The notes: generated by a model from the sequence alone, not told the origin. 60,017 nt of DNA, filler included, from Sphacelaria rigidula (GCA_964200075.2; 9 parts of 9 records of this genome joined end to end with filler, not necessarily neighbours in it), one strand, 5' to 3'. Numbered from the whole stretch's first letter, positions 1 to 12,734 are shown. Translations and numbers: made by a program.

Positions 1-784
1 AAAACTGGGGGTGCCCCGGGCAGGGTTTGTAGGGAGGCGAGGGGCAGGGGCGTGGGACCACAGCATACAAGACCATGAGTACCCCCCCCCCCCCCCAAAA
101 GGAAAAAAAACACAAGAAAAGGAAAGGTTGAAAATTCAAGTTTAAGGAAAGAAAAGAGCTCAGTGGCAATTTTCGAGACCTTAGCGTCAATTTTTGAATG
201 CACTGATCCCCTTCTTTGGACATACGTATACTTGGAGAGAAATAATTTTTCTCAACTTTTTTTTCTATTCCAAAGAGGTAGAGTCGCGCCCGCGGCGTTA
301 CTAATGTGTTGTTCCTTTAGGCAAGGTTAGGGGGAGAAATCGATGACTGGCTCTGAAAAAGCATCGATAAGTGTGAATGATGTTCGGGGATCGCACGAGA
401 AAAAAATTGCAAGCTTGGGGCCAATGAATCATCGTGGAAAACGAATATTTGAGCTTCCACCACGCGTTTTGTTTGATACATATAGTTCAAAGTGAAGTGT
501 ACAACAGGAAGAAGCGCTGAAGCCAGACACGAGATCAGACAGCGCAGAACGTTGTCGTTGTCGTTTTCGTATAATTCCCTCCATTGCAGTAGTTTTCACC
601 ACTTGATCGATTAAAACTTCCCGGAATTTTATTACTTGATTTGAGTGAAAACACCCAATATTCGGATCTTTGGCGGAGCTGACAGCCTCTACTGCCCCTC
701 GCTTGCGCAGAACGCGTTTCCGTCGAAATCGAGGCGATATGAAGAAATGTACGTAGACATTGGTTGTTATGGAGATGCCGCCAA

Positions 785-1255
785 CCCTAACGCTAACCCT
801 AACCCTAAGCCCGACCAAGGCATACCGAGAACCCTCGGGCAAGGGGGTGCAGAATGTCACCTACGCAACGTGTGCGTTGCCAGAGCTCAAATCGACGCCT
901 TTCAGCTGATTTTGGACCAAAAGACGTTCTGGATGAGCTGGGTCTACTGCTCACCCCTGCTCACCTGCCCCAGACCATGAATTTTCTCAGAACTTCCTTG
1001 AGTCTGAAATCAAGTAAAATCGAGTACCAACTATTGTTTACGTACATTTCCTTAGATTGATTTGATTTATTGTCGCACTTCAACTGACCCCCCAGGGGTC
1101 CAGCCGTGGTGTCATGATATCTACTGTCGAAATCGGCGCCTGCGGTGCCGTTTTGAGGTCCGCCAACGCCACACTTTGCCTAGGGAACGCTTCACACCCT
1201 CTCCCCGAGTGTACTCGGTATGCCTTGGGTTGGGGTTTGGGTTTTAGGGTTAGCG
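785..1255. repeat. ~470-bp inverted-repeat unit with telomere-like (CCCTAA/TTAGGG) outer ends
   Basis: 791-~900 (cgctaaccctaaccctaagcccgaccaaggcataccgag...) is a diverged reverse complement of ~1140-1255 (...ctcggtatgccttgggttggggtttgggttttagggttagcg). Confidence 0.7.
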
Positions 1256-1774
1256 CTATTTTGAAAAATATGTTTTCCGAGAAATTTCGTCATCGACCAA
1301 GTGGTAAACACACGTCCCACGTTGTGCTGTGAGAAGTCTGAAACGTGAACAGAAGAAATATGTGCTCTGTGTTTTACGTCATGTGTTTGGTTCGCTGATG
1401 AGCTGAATCGATCATTTATCATTATAGTTATTTTTTACATTCGCTTTGGTGTAAAATATATATAGCGCCCTCGTAGTCTGGGATCTCTCCGTTCCGTTTA
1501 TTCTAGTGTAGTTTAATTTTGGTCTGGTTTTGCCCCTTTTCTTCGTGGTCAAGTATCCTTGTTGCAGTGGCTGGTCGGTCGCTTCCGTTTAGTTAACCTC
1601 GGGCACGTGTATCATGTGTCAACCACTGGCTAAATTCGTGGCGGCCCCGTTAGTGTGCGGCAGTCAGTCGATCAACCAATCAGCGTTCGTTCATCAATTG
1701 TTCGATCGATTTTAGATCGGTTATTTTCACTCACTTGTTTTGCTCCTGGGATGTAACACACTTGAGACGCACAC

Positions 1775-1777
<3 letters not shown>

Positions 1778-1825
<48 letters not shown>
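1778..1825. repeat. (CA)n microsatellite
   Basis: uninterrupted acacac run. Confidence 0.95.
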
Positions 1826-1828
<3 letters not shown>

Positions 1829-1949
1829 TACAACCTGCATTTTGATTCTCGATTCTCCTTGTGCATTTTGCATGTCTTGACGCATATCTATCCTCCTCTT
1901 CTTCCATCCTCTTCCGAATATTGCTCTGGGGGAAAAAACAACGTAGCAG

Positions 1950-2284
1950 GAGACAGGCTTCAAGCTACAAGCTGCACCAGACGGAAAAGTCATTGTCGTT
2001 CCCGTAGGCGAGAGCAGAACCGCCGCTGGGGCGGGCGGGGGTACAGCCGCCCCATTAAGTGCGAGGGGACCGCTAGGGACGTTGTCAGACTTTTCGAAGC
2101 CAGCGAGGGCAACTGTTCGAAGCGCATCGACAGAGTGGGTCTCTTTGGAGGCTGCGCGAAGCGGTGAAAGTCGCGCGGGGGAACATCAGCAGCAGCAGCA
2201 ACAGCAGCAGCAGAGGAGAGCTGTCGCGACAGGGCATGATGGTGCAGGGTCGGGTATGACGGAGAAGTCTACGGTGGCTCTTGT
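1950..2284 (+). CDS. probable internal exon, low-complexity protein with poly-Q (ETGFKLQAAPDGKVIVVPVGESRTAAG...EHQQQQQQQQQRR...STVAL)
   Basis: stop-free GC-rich frame bounded by gtagcag| acceptor and |gtgagt donor at 2285; product not recognised. Confidence 0.5.
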
Positions 2285-3109
2285 GTGAGTCGCGTACCGT
2301 TGAATGTTCTTCATGTCGGGTGTAGAGAAGTGACCTCATAATAGGCGGGGAGGAGGGGCGGTAAACTTCACCAATCCCGTCCCCACGAGGCTGGGACTTG
2401 AACCCTGCTTCGTCTCACTCCGCTGAGACCTACAGTGTTAATGCGGGTTTTTGCAGATATGGGGGTCTTCGCACATTCCGGGCTCATTGCGCAGAGGTGC
2501 GTGAAAGAAGACAAAAACCAAATGATTTAGTTCGAAAATCGCACGGGTATCGGGATCAACGCACGTGGGGGTGGGTGCGATGAACCCGGGAGAACCTCAA
2601 CTTCGGGGCGCGAGCTTGAGTACCGCCAGTGATTCTGGGGTGCTCATTGCTGTGCAACCGTCGCAGTGCTGGTACATGACGAATTTCCATCGTGTGCTCC
2701 AGTGCTGTGTTTTGTGACACCCGTTGGCGGTCCACACATGATAATGGGCATGATCACCCTGTATCGCCGCTGTTGTGTTTATTTATTCAGTATCGCACAT
2801 ATCAGAGTCATCGCTCAGGGGTGTGCGTCAAATGGCGAAAAAAATGCGTTTAATTCGATCCCCACGCAGATATCGGGGTACATCTCAGATATCGGGGTCA
2901 TCACATAGGGGTGCCAAAAAGGTCGAGAACATTATTCAAAAGACAACCACACAGCGGTGCTAAGACCCGCAAAAATTTCGCTAATCCTTATCCTCCAAGG
3001 GGTGTTGACTGGAATAATGTCGCTCTAGCCCCCACCCTCCCCCCAAACCAGTCCCAATATTGTCACGAAGAAAATGGCGATACAGCGCATAACAGCTATT
3101 TTCACACCT

Positions 3110-3250
3110 CGTGGAGCGCCTCATACAGGCAATATTGGCGAAAGCGATCCCAAGCGCTGGAAATCCCAGGTGCTCGGTTTGCTCCGCTTTAGTCATTTTG
3201 ATTTACGTGTAGATTTTTCCTCCTCCAACCGCCCACCTTTCTGGGGGGGG
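3110..3250 (+). repeat. dispersed repeat family B, partial copy
   Basis: shares attggcg..agcga.cccaagcg.gg.aat.cccag..gctcg...gatttacgtgtagatttt with 4470-4655 and 54383-54570. Confidence 0.75.
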
Positions 3251-3462
3251 GGGGGGGCTACGGCGGCATCAGTCACCCCTGGACGGAACGAGGGGGTTTA
3301 CATGAGAAGGCGCGTGGACCACACTCGTCGTGGACGTACCGTGTGGCAGGAAAACCGTTGCCTGGCAGTGTGAGCGTGTGGGTTAATAAGAGTGATACCG
3401 CAAGAGATTAAATGAAGCTTTCTGCTTCAGTGATACGTTAAGGTAACTCCTTCGTGCAACAG

Positions 3463-3591
3463 GTGGTTCAACCACACGCGGACCCCCTTATCGTATGGTA
3501 CCATAGGATCGCTCTCAAGGCGACTGAAAAAAGACAGCACTTTCTGTCCTCCCTGAAAAGTTTTGTCCTGTCCCAAGATATCGTCTCGGCG
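3463..3591 (+). CDS. possible exon (VVQPHADPLIVWYHRIALKATEKRQHFLSSLKSFVLSQDIVSA)
   Basis: caacag| acceptor, |gtgtgc donor, 129 bp phase 0; no recognised homology. Confidence 0.3.
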
Positions 3592-4066
3592 GTGTGCGGA
3601 AGTGTGCCCCCTCCTCCGATCTTCGGGTCAGATGGTTTTTTTTTTTGCACAGACGCTCATGGTTGCGCAAGGGGGGTAATAAAGGCATCTATGGAAGTGC
3701 GTGGGGAAGCACTTCGGGGGTGGGGGTGGGGGGTGCTCGTTTGTTGCTTACCTTAGTATTTTGAGCATTGACCATCCATCCCTATCGAGACGGACCCCCT
3801 CCCGAGGGGGCATGGGGGGGGATGGCCTATCGTATTGATGTATATGTTCCTTTTGAGTCTGAAATCCACCAAATCTATCGTCGCTTTCGATGGTTGTCAG
3901 TTCTATAGTGCAGCACATCGTGTTTATTCTTTGCCTCCCTAGCACGGCTGCCACGTCCTGTCCTATTCCATCGCTGTTGAAATGGCAACATCTGGTGCTG
4001 TGCTGTGCTGTGCTGTGCTGTTTGCCGCCGTGCTCCGGTGATCCACCTGAACAATATATCAAAATA

Positions 4067-4198
4067 TGGTCAATAGTTGCAATAGACAAAACATACTGCG
4101 TAAAGTATAAGCCTATTACAACTATTGTCGGCTGGCAATAGTCGCGATAGGCCTAGACTTTACGCAGTACATTTTTCGTCTATTGCAACTTTTGACCA
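4067..4198. mobile_element. hairpin MITE flanked by TA (Tc1/mariner-type TSD)
   Basis: TA|tggtcaatagttgcaatagac ... gtctattgcaacttttgacca|TA; almost entirely palindromic. Confidence 0.7.
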
Positions 4199-4469
4199 TA
4201 TATGTCACTGTCCAGGGTTTGAAATAGTTGCGGCGGAAAATGACGGGTTCAGATCCCAGCAAGTCTAGATTCGAAATTTGTTTCTCTCAAGACATATTTC
4301 ACTCTTTCCGCCGCTGAAAAACTGAGGATGCCAGCTGCAAGAAAAAGTTATTTGACGAGAGTTGACGCGCGGTGCGGGAGTGCTGATGTTACTTTCCACG
4401 ATAGCACCCCCCCCCCCCCCCCAGCGAAAAAACAACAAACAAAAAAAAACCGAAACAAAAGAACATCAC

Positions 4470-4655
4470 AACACCTGATGTTTGGTTTCAGGCTGCATGA
4501 AGCGCCTCATATGGGCGACATTGGCGGAAGCGAACCCAAGCGTGGAAATTCCCAGCTGCTCGTAAAGCTCGTTTTTTTTCAATTCGATTTACGTGTAGAT
4601 TTTGCATCTCCAAATCAGCCACATTGTTTTGGAGAGCTGTCGTAGAAAGTGTCTG
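4470..4655 (+). repeat. dispersed repeat family B
   Basis: cctgatgtttggtttcaggctgcatgaagcgcctc...tcgtagaaagtgtc, near-colinear with 54383-54570. Confidence 0.85.
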
Positions 4656-5980
4656 ATGGTCATGATCCAATCCGCGATAACACCGAAATATAAGGTATGT
4701 ACCGGGGTAGAGATGGGTTGGTTCGTCGAGATATTAACACACTACGAGTACGGACGCCGGACTCGTCCCGACGAAGGGGGCGGGTTATTAGAGGTGTTAT
4801 GAGAAATTGAGGAATTAACTGAAATAATACTCTGCACGATGGATGAAAACATCCTGAGTGTGCAAGGAAGCAACGATCGGACGGACGAGTTGTGATTCGT
4901 CTGGAATTTACTTGCTTTTTTCTTGTGTGTGTAATAGATCCAAACCGTACGAGTCAATCAACCCTTGGACTTTGTTTTTCAGCACTACAGAGCAAAGCAG
5001 CGCACACCCCAGGGACGGACGCAGAGTAGCGTCAATTTGTCATAGATACGTCCAATGACCCGCGGTAACCGTTTTTCTCTCTTCTTGCGAGCAACCAGGC
5101 AGGCCCCAGAAAGCGTAAATTTCGTGATTCGAACAACCAATTATTCGTCAAACCTGTGCACGGAAGCATTGTCTCACGTACTCTTTGTATTTGCAACAAG
5201 GCGGCCTGAGCATGCTCTCGTTCTCTCACGCCGTGGCTTTGTTGTCGCACTGTTGATGGTCCGCAACAGGCTGGTAACAACGTTTTCGTGAGATTGAAAG
5301 CAGATCGCTGCTTGGATCATTCGCTTTGACTCAGCCATTTTTATACTTTGTGTGTGCTTCTCTTTGCCCCTACTATCACTGGAGTGTGCTTACAGCTACA
5401 CGTCGATATCCTACTCAGGGATATATCTAAGGCCTCAGGGGCAAGCTCTACTACAAGAAGCATACAGTATGGGGACTCGTGGAGGGACATTTCGGAACTG
5501 AAACGATTCATTCACTGATTGACCGCTTTTCACTCTCAATCGTATCCTCTACCTACTCTCAATATCACGAAAGTATTGTTCGGTATGGTATTCAGGGGAG
5601 GTGTGTGTCCGGGTGGCGCGGCAATGGTCCTTACCGTCACTTTTTCCGCTGGCAGATTTCAGTACAGGCAGATTTCAGTACAGACTGATGGCAAGAAAAC
5701 AAGAATGACGGGAAACAGAAACGAACCCAACCCACCGCGCTCAACCACACGCTTTGTTTGCTGGTAGATTGCCGCAATCATTGTGACCGAAGTATGTGGA
5801 ACTAATGACAAATTGGAGGATGACGTAACCCACCCGGCTAAATGGTGGCCATCTATTATATAAATGTACAGTGGTCATAATCCAAAACGCCGCGCGAGAC
5901 TGTCGGGCCACCGTGTGGCGGCTGGCCGCCTGGAATTTAGGTTGTTCACCTACCTAAAAATGTGTTGATAATCACAAGGG

Positions 5981-6163
5981 ATTCTGAAAATTGGAAACGA
6001 AATCTGTCTATGGGAAGGAACTGAAGTCGAAATTGTAGATGATAGATATTGCAACTGGGACCCATCAAAGGTGTGTTTGACGGGTACCAGTTGCAATATC
6101 ATCTACAGATTCGACCTCAGTTCCTTCCCCGCGCAGAAGAATTTCGTTCCCATTTTGTAGGAT
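5981..6163. mobile_element. hairpin MITE-like palindrome
   Basis: gggaaggaactgaagtcgaa...gatattgcaactgg pairs with ccagttgcaatatc...ttcgacctcagttccttccc. Confidence 0.7.
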
Positions 6164-6295
6164 GCTGTGTCCGTTAGAGTTGTGAAATTGACCGGAAAAT
6201 CAAGCAGCAAGCACATGTTTTCGAGCAGCTGCAGTCATCAGTAAACGCTGGTAAGCCAACGCCGCCGAGTTGCGCTTGCGGTACCCACTGGTAGC

Positions 6296-6580
6296 CTGGT
6301 CCGGCGAGAACCCGGCGTGCTCCGTCCCGGCTTTGTAGGGGCGGACCCCCGGTGAGGTTGGCGTCGGCTGGCGATGATGCTATAAAACATGCCACTTACT
6401 GCGTAAGCTAGGCAACCAGGTTACCGGGGGTTTTCTGCACGCCTGCGTTTTTTTTTGCGATGACCATGATGGTAGTCGAGCTAGATCATGTTCTGTGGCG
6501 TGGGAGAACCTCAACTCCGCACAATGTGGATGGTCGTGCTACGTAGTGTTTACATGGTGAGACACCCATGAGGCAGTGTA
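6296..6580 (+). repeat. dispersed modular repeat family A
   Basis: cctggtccggcgagaacccggcgtgctccgtccc...gtagtcgagctagatcatgt matches 13069-13260 and the reverse complement of 14170-14395. Confidence 0.85.
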
Positions 6581-6680
6581 NNNNNNNNNNNNNNNNNNNN
6601 NNNNNNNNNNNNNNNNNNNNNNNNTTAATTAATTAANNNNNNNNNNNNNNNNNNNNNNNNNNNNNNNNNNNNNNNNNNNN
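6581..6680. other. artificial contig spacer
   Basis: N44-TTAATTAATTAA-N44. Confidence 0.98.
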
Positions 6681-6975
6681 GGTTCAATTCTCGGAGCGAT
6701 CTGGGATTTTTTCTCACACAATGCCCAACAGTGAAGAGTGACCATGTCGTGGGTACACAAAATTTGACCTCACGGTCGACGAGGGAAAGGGACTGCTGAA
6801 CCCGTCTCGCGATAAAGAAGAAAGGCAAGTACCGCAGAAGGAAGGTAGGGAGGGTACTAAAAACAACTAAAGAAGAAGAATCTTGTGTTGACCATCCCCC
6901 TGTGTGACCCCGGCTGGTGCGCTCACATATAACGAAAGGTGTAGACCGGCGCCCAGAATAGACATAACAACAGAC
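6681..6975 (+). mobile_element. tRNA-derived SINE-like family C, copy starting at B-box
   Basis: ggttcaattc B-box-like, then cacggtcgacgagggaaaggg...accgcagaaggaaggt...tgtgtgaccccggctggtgcgc...aaggtgtagac core shared with other copies. Confidence 0.75.
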
Positions 6976-9169
6976 ACGTCATTAAAGGAAGTCTCTCCGC
7001 ACATGCCCAAGTGGCGATCTCCACATCCCCCCGTTTGATGCGCCTGGAGTCCCGCTGTGAAGGCTCGTGCCGGGCATTCGGGAGAATGACATTTTTGGCA
7101 CTCTAATTTGTATGTGCTTCTGAGATACTTTTATAGTACGAGTAGCCTATAGTCGAACGCGTCATATCCCCTTTACTGGGTGTTGAGGAACACTAACCAA
7201 TAAATTTAATCGACTTTCTTCAAGAGGCTCGTGTAGAACAAAATGGAAAATATATATTTTTTCCTTTGAATGTTCGTGCAAGTCTCGTTCGGTGATCAGC
7301 TGAACGATCTGCACAGATTATCGTATCCGACGGTCTCTTCCCACCAGGTCCGCTCATGACTGGCCGAGAAGTGGAGCTATGGTGGCCGCGTGATAATATT
7401 AGGTAACCAGGAAGAGGTCGATATCGGAGACAGCGGTGGTAAAGAAGTGCCCTTCTTTTCTCTGAGCATTTTGCTTTCACGGTAATCCTGATCAGCAAGT
7501 TCCCCTCATGCTAATAAGAGCTTGATTCAAAGACCAAGTCTCTCTCCACCGTCGTCGACACACATAAATATATAAATTTCGAGGCGTATCCGCTGTCGAA
7601 ATCCACGACACTGGAGGCCCACCATACTGTTTCAAGGGGGGAAAAGTCGTCGATTGTGTGTAAGGTACTCTTTATCGTTGATGAATTGCCGCCCGGCTAC
7701 AGTACGCTGCCAGTATACCTCAAACTAGTGGATCATCTCCCGCACAGAGTCTCGCCGATTCGCCAATGTAAACGCCATCATCCGTTCAGAGACTTGAACC
7801 GTGAACTTTTCTTGTCGAGCTGATGGTACCGTGGCCTCCATCCCGCCCGCGTGCCCAACGCTTAAAAATACCCGCCCGTTAGCAAAGATCCATATACTGG
7901 GGATGCTCTGTAATCATTTCTTACTTCGAAACCCAATAAAAAAAAGTCACTACGTGCAACAGTTCATTATTTCAAGTCCGTAAACCAGCGTTGCCCCTTA
8001 AAACGGCTACCGCTGCCCCCCAGTCTCACTGTTTGCTACTGATGTGTAAAATTAAATGAGGATGCGCCGCGTCCGCTGAACGTTCCCTCCCGGCGTGCTC
8101 CGTCCCGGCTTTGTAGGGATGCGAGGTCAACGGTCCCATAACTGCGCCATGCAAGATCACGAGTACACCGCCGCCCCCGTCTCCGCCCCAGCGGAAGTAC
8201 GAAAAAACAAAGTAAAAATCAAAACTCTTGGCGTGGCGGCTAAGTTTTTGACACCGAAAATGCACGAACTGCGGTAGGATACTGTATCTATATACTACAT
8301 GATATGACTTACAATACAAATACACACATATATACGAAGTATATCTAAGGAAGGTCGGAAATCATTGTAACCACAGCAGAGGGCACATCTAGGACAGCCA
8401 CGTTTCGTTTCGTACTGGCGCATGGCTCACAAATACTTATAATACAACGGCGAATCACGCTGCCCTACGATACCTGTACGTAATTTCATCCTCTCCTGTA
8501 GGTTGGCTCTCTAGCCAGCCTCAACAGGTACACACAACGGCCACTACCAACACGCTGGATACAAGGCGCACATATTGGGCCACAAACAAAGGACGCACCA
8601 GGACATGAATGCACAACAGGTGTACATACACCAGTACAGGGATGTACAAACAATCGTCGTCCCAACACGGCGGCGACTGTCATGCAGCAGTCTATCTAAC
8701 CAGACGGTGAACGAGTACAAATAGTACACTTCGAAAAAGGCACCGATGGTGTCGGTGTGCGGACATGTCCCTCGTTTGATGAAATAAATTCCATCACAGC
8801 TAGATAGATGACTCTCTCTACAACTATAAACACAGTTAATCCACTAGTGAACACCGTCGAATACAACCGACACACTGCTGCAACTAGTGAACCGACACAT
8901 CAATCACCCTAGTGGACATTGATATTATTTGTTCATTAGTTCAACACACAAACACCATGTATCAGACACGCATACCCTGTAACGTAACAAGTTTTAACCA
9001 CGAAACATCCCCGACTACGTTCTCTGGGAGACAAGTCACTATCGCTATTTTCCCTCCCCAGCACATCCATTTCCACATCTCACAACAAGTCATCTACTTT
9101 GGACCAGTAAGTAATCCGTGTTGCTGAAGGTGACACGATCCCACCGCGGCGTGTACTTGTTGTACTTGT

Positions 9170-9268
9170 TCATCTTTCGTGGTAAAAAGGCTGCATTGGG
9201 TACCGCGTCGGCATGACGTGGTGTTGAAACCCAGGCGCCTGGTAGCCGTGGTAGTAGTTGAATCCCGT
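9170..9268 (-). CDS. possible terminal exon (TGFNYYHGYQAPGFQHHVMPTRYPMQPFYHER*)
   Basis: gctcag| acceptor, phase 0, ends in TGA; phase-compatible with 9584-9634. Confidence 0.4.
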   Translation of the reverse strand, partial: TGFNYYHGYQAPGFQHHVMPTRYPMQPFYHER

Positions 9269-9583
9269 CTGAGCGACAGTCAACGGACAGAAGAGCAAAA
9301 CCAAACATGAGCGTATGAGGAAACTGTTGGTCAAGACAAGCATACATCAGATGCCGACACTTGTGGAAATACTGTTTGATGAAAGTCCTCGGCTATCATG
9401 GCTAAGACTTGTGGCAATCTCCCAATTTGGAGTGGCACTCACACTTGTCGTACTTGGACAAAATTTACTAGCACTTATTAATACACACGCGGCCTGGCAT
9501 CATCAACCAAGCGAGCAATAAAATCGTGCACTTGAAGGCAGAGTCTCCTTCCTATTCAAATGTATAAGCGTTCAGATTCATAC

Positions 9584-9634
9584 ATAGGGCGGAGCGCCAT
9601 CTACACGGGGTCGGAGACCGGTGGGATCCAAATG
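9584..9634 (-). CDS. possible exon (HLDPTGLRPRVDGAPPY)
   Basis: gtgcag| acceptor, |gtatga donor, 51 bp phase 0. Confidence 0.4.
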
Positions 9635-10684
9635 CTGCACACTGTGAGTATTGTGCAAGAAACGATTCCGAACGTCCTCAGCTTCAAAGGCATAGATCGC
9701 ACAACGCTCCGAGGACCGCTGTTCACGATGGGGGTATAATTGAACACATTTCCCTCGATTTTCACATTTTTCGCGCCTAATCTAATGGGTGAACGACGAT
9801 TTCATGCCAAGCGTTTGGGTCCACGTCTCATGTTCCACATCCCATCACACAGGGTCATGCTAGCAGCGCAAGCGACCAGTATCATGATATCGGGGATGTA
9901 AGTAGTACAGTCTGTGGATACCACCATACAGCTGGGCCGGCCTAGACGCAGACTCAAGCTCTCAAAGCAATATCTCATCGGCACAGACGAGTTGGGCCGT
10001 AATTCGCGAGTTTACGCCATTTTCCTGAAGACTGCGTATTGATTATTGCCCTTAACTTATGAAGTTGAAAAATAAAAATCTGTCCCAGCGTAATCTTTTT
10101 CGCTGTGCCGCTATTCATGTCTGGTACAAGATATATCCTGTCATGCGACTTTGATGATGATATTGCGATGAACACGGTACCGCATACACGGTGGACTAGG
10201 TGTAAAGTAGATGGACAAACCACGCTTCAAACAGGTTGTCGGGGGTACCTGCTTTCCAAATCTGGAAGAGGAAATCAATAGTACGATGAAAAGCAAGTCA
10301 TGCAGCTTCCCAAGTACGGCGTGGGGTGGAATCGACTCTGCTTCCTACTTCCCATCTTGGATTGATCATTGATCATTAGCTGATCCCCGGGGAATCGCTG
10401 AGGACACTTCTGAGGGTTATTTAGAACAAAGCGCCCCCCCCCCCCGTCCGGCCTCCATTCTACATCGAAAATGTTATGCGCAAGCTTTTGAAATGTGATA
10501 TCATCGTTCTATAGCCGTTAGAGAGCGAGAATAGGTAATATTTTGGGTCGGCATCAATTTCTTGTGTATCTAGCTCCGATACGTTGGCCCAGTTTTTTTT
10601 GTGCACCACTACCGTACCGTGGCACGACTCTTCAGCGGCACGGACCGTGGTTTTATTTGCCCCAGATGTATCTTGACAACAATT

Positions 10685-11040
10685 GCGTTTGTGTGTGTTG
10701 TCATCCCATCTATTCTGGACGGCAGTCTACACCTTTCGGAATATGTGAGCGCATTAGCCGGGGTCACACACGAGGAAGGCCAACGCAGGAGTTATTTTTA
10801 ATATTGTTTTAGAACTCCACCTTGCTCCTGCGGTGCGTACCTTGTACTTTTTATCGCGACAAGGGTTTAGCGGTCCATTTCCCTCGTCGACCGTGAAGTC
10901 GAACTTTGTGTTTATACGTTATAGTCGCTCTCCACTGTTGGGCACGATGCGAGAAAAAATCCAAATCGTGTGACTTCACCGATATTCGAACCCGTCCCAA
11001 TCGCCAGAAGGTTTCCAGATCACTAACTGAGCCACACAGT
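10685..11040 (-). mobile_element. tRNA-derived SINE-like family C, near full-length
   Basis: on the minus strand A-box tggctcagttag and B-box gggttcgaat, followed by the family C core. Confidence 0.75.
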
Positions 11041-12040
11041 CTCACACACGGGTCTGGTGAGGTTGTCATGACAAAAAAAAGACGATCGAGCAAAGGCTAC
11101 GATAAATTACCCTTCTTCAGCTTGCTGGATTTCCAAAGTATATTCAGTGCGACTACCGAGAAAAATACCGCGAGTGTGCTTCATTTGTTACGGTGAATTG
11201 ATATCAGCGTCCCATCGTCTCGAAATAAAATTGTAGTTCCTAACGGCGTTACTGACACGTACGTACGTAAATAAGCGGTACGGCGACCACTCTGATGAGA
11301 AGAGTACATGCTACATACATACCACAACGGTGCCATTGTAAAATACCACATAATACGACGGTACCGTTGTAACGTGACAATAATAATCGATGTCAGGTAG
11401 GACTGAGTGCTACAGTAGGAATGAAGATTACATACCGTATCGCCCTGTCCATCGTCTTGGGCCATAATTCCCTACGGCCATCACCCGCCGCCAACGCAAA
11501 TTTGTCATACCTCATCGCTTTGCGCCTCTGTCCTCATTTCAATGGTGTTTTTAGTCCTCCCCTTGTCCAAAAACCACCAAAACGATATATATATATCCTA
11601 TCCCATCCATTGATTATTCATTCTTGCCATCCGCTTCAAATACGATGCTGTACACTGAGGGTCATTTTCTGCAGGAGTGTGTGGCACGAGGGTGCACAAA
11701 AACAAACGAACAAGGAATGTGATGACCCCATGAAATTTTCACACGGGTGTCGTTGAGATCACACGGAGGCGGTTGATTCTGGGAAACTCCACTTTGAGAC
11801 TCACTGAGCTGGAAGAATAATAAGGCGTGTCGCGAAGAATGCGTACGACCGGGGCTGCGCTCATCATGCACTAGCTTCGGAGGAAGTGGCCAACCCTCTG
11901 ACGTGGTGCAATACGTCTTGGTCAAAAGGGGTCATTTTGAAGCGGGAACCCCGACGGGGCATTACAGCCACTTGATTTTAGTGTGGAAGGCTGAAAACAA
12001 GAAGGCATAAATATATGCGAATTAGGCCGCTCTTTGAAAC

Positions 12041-12476
12041 GGACAAAAATAAAATTCTGTGTAAGTGCCCTTGAGGAGCTTTCACGTCACTTTACGCCCT
12101 TGAAGAGAGCTGGGCGGCGTTTGACACCTTGGAATGACTTCCTCTACTCGTTGAGGCGGCTCCAGGACATCTTCCCGTTTTCCGGTAGCCGCCGTTGTTA
12201 TTTTGGCCAACAAATACTGTTCTCCACGAATGGTAAAAAACGGTCAAATCTAAAAAACATCGCCATTTTCCCCATGACTCGACCGTTCTTGGACAAAATT
12301 TCTTGTTTGGCCGAAATAGAAACTGCAGCCACCGGGAAACGGGAAGATGTCCTGGAATCGCCTCAACTAGTAGAGCAAGTAATTCCAAGGTGTCGAGCTC
12401 TGCCAAGCCCTCTTTTAGGGCGTAAATCGACGTGGAAGCTCCAAAAAAGCACTTTTCCAGATTCTATATTTTTGTC
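12041..12476. mobile_element. hairpin MITE related to 25295-25764
   Basis: gacaccttggaatgacttcctctactcgttgaggcg pairs with cgcctcaactagtagagcaagtaattccaaggtgtc; same core in the 25.3-kb element. Confidence 0.8.
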
Positions 12477-12484
12477 TGTTGTAA

Positions 12485-12660
12485 GGCCAACTCTTATGGG
12501 AGCGTTTAGGATTTTATTTTGCAATAATTTTAAACGATTTTTTTTTTCTTCTTTGCAGTGGTTGTGTATTTTGGGCCCGTTCACCATGATGACAAAGAAA
12601 AAAAAATCTCCTCTGAAATTTTTGCAAAAAAAATAACAAACGCTCCCATAAGAGTTGGCC
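12485..12660. mobile_element. MITE, Tourist/PIF-Harbinger-like
   Basis: perfect 23-bp TIR ggccaactcttatgggagcgttt / aaacgctcccataagagttggcc; flanks TAA and CAA. Confidence 0.75.
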
Positions 12661-12734
12661 CAAGGAGCGGCCTTATGCGAAAGCAGAAAGGCAAACGCCT
12701 AGTGCACCCCCACCCCTCCCCTCCCACACACACA

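Noticed and set aside
6625..6636. Periodic TTAATTAATTAA motif every ~6.68 kb as a biological repeat or array
   Set aside because: Always embedded in N44 runs; it is a six-frame-stop linker between contigs
7335..7480. Tudor-like peptide GREVELWWPRDNIR*PG
   Set aside because: Too short and interrupted by a stop; cannot be supported without a search
12034..12636. 200-aa ORF
   Set aside because: Spans two palindromic MITEs; the translation mirrors ORFs at 25328-25734, so it is repeat-derived
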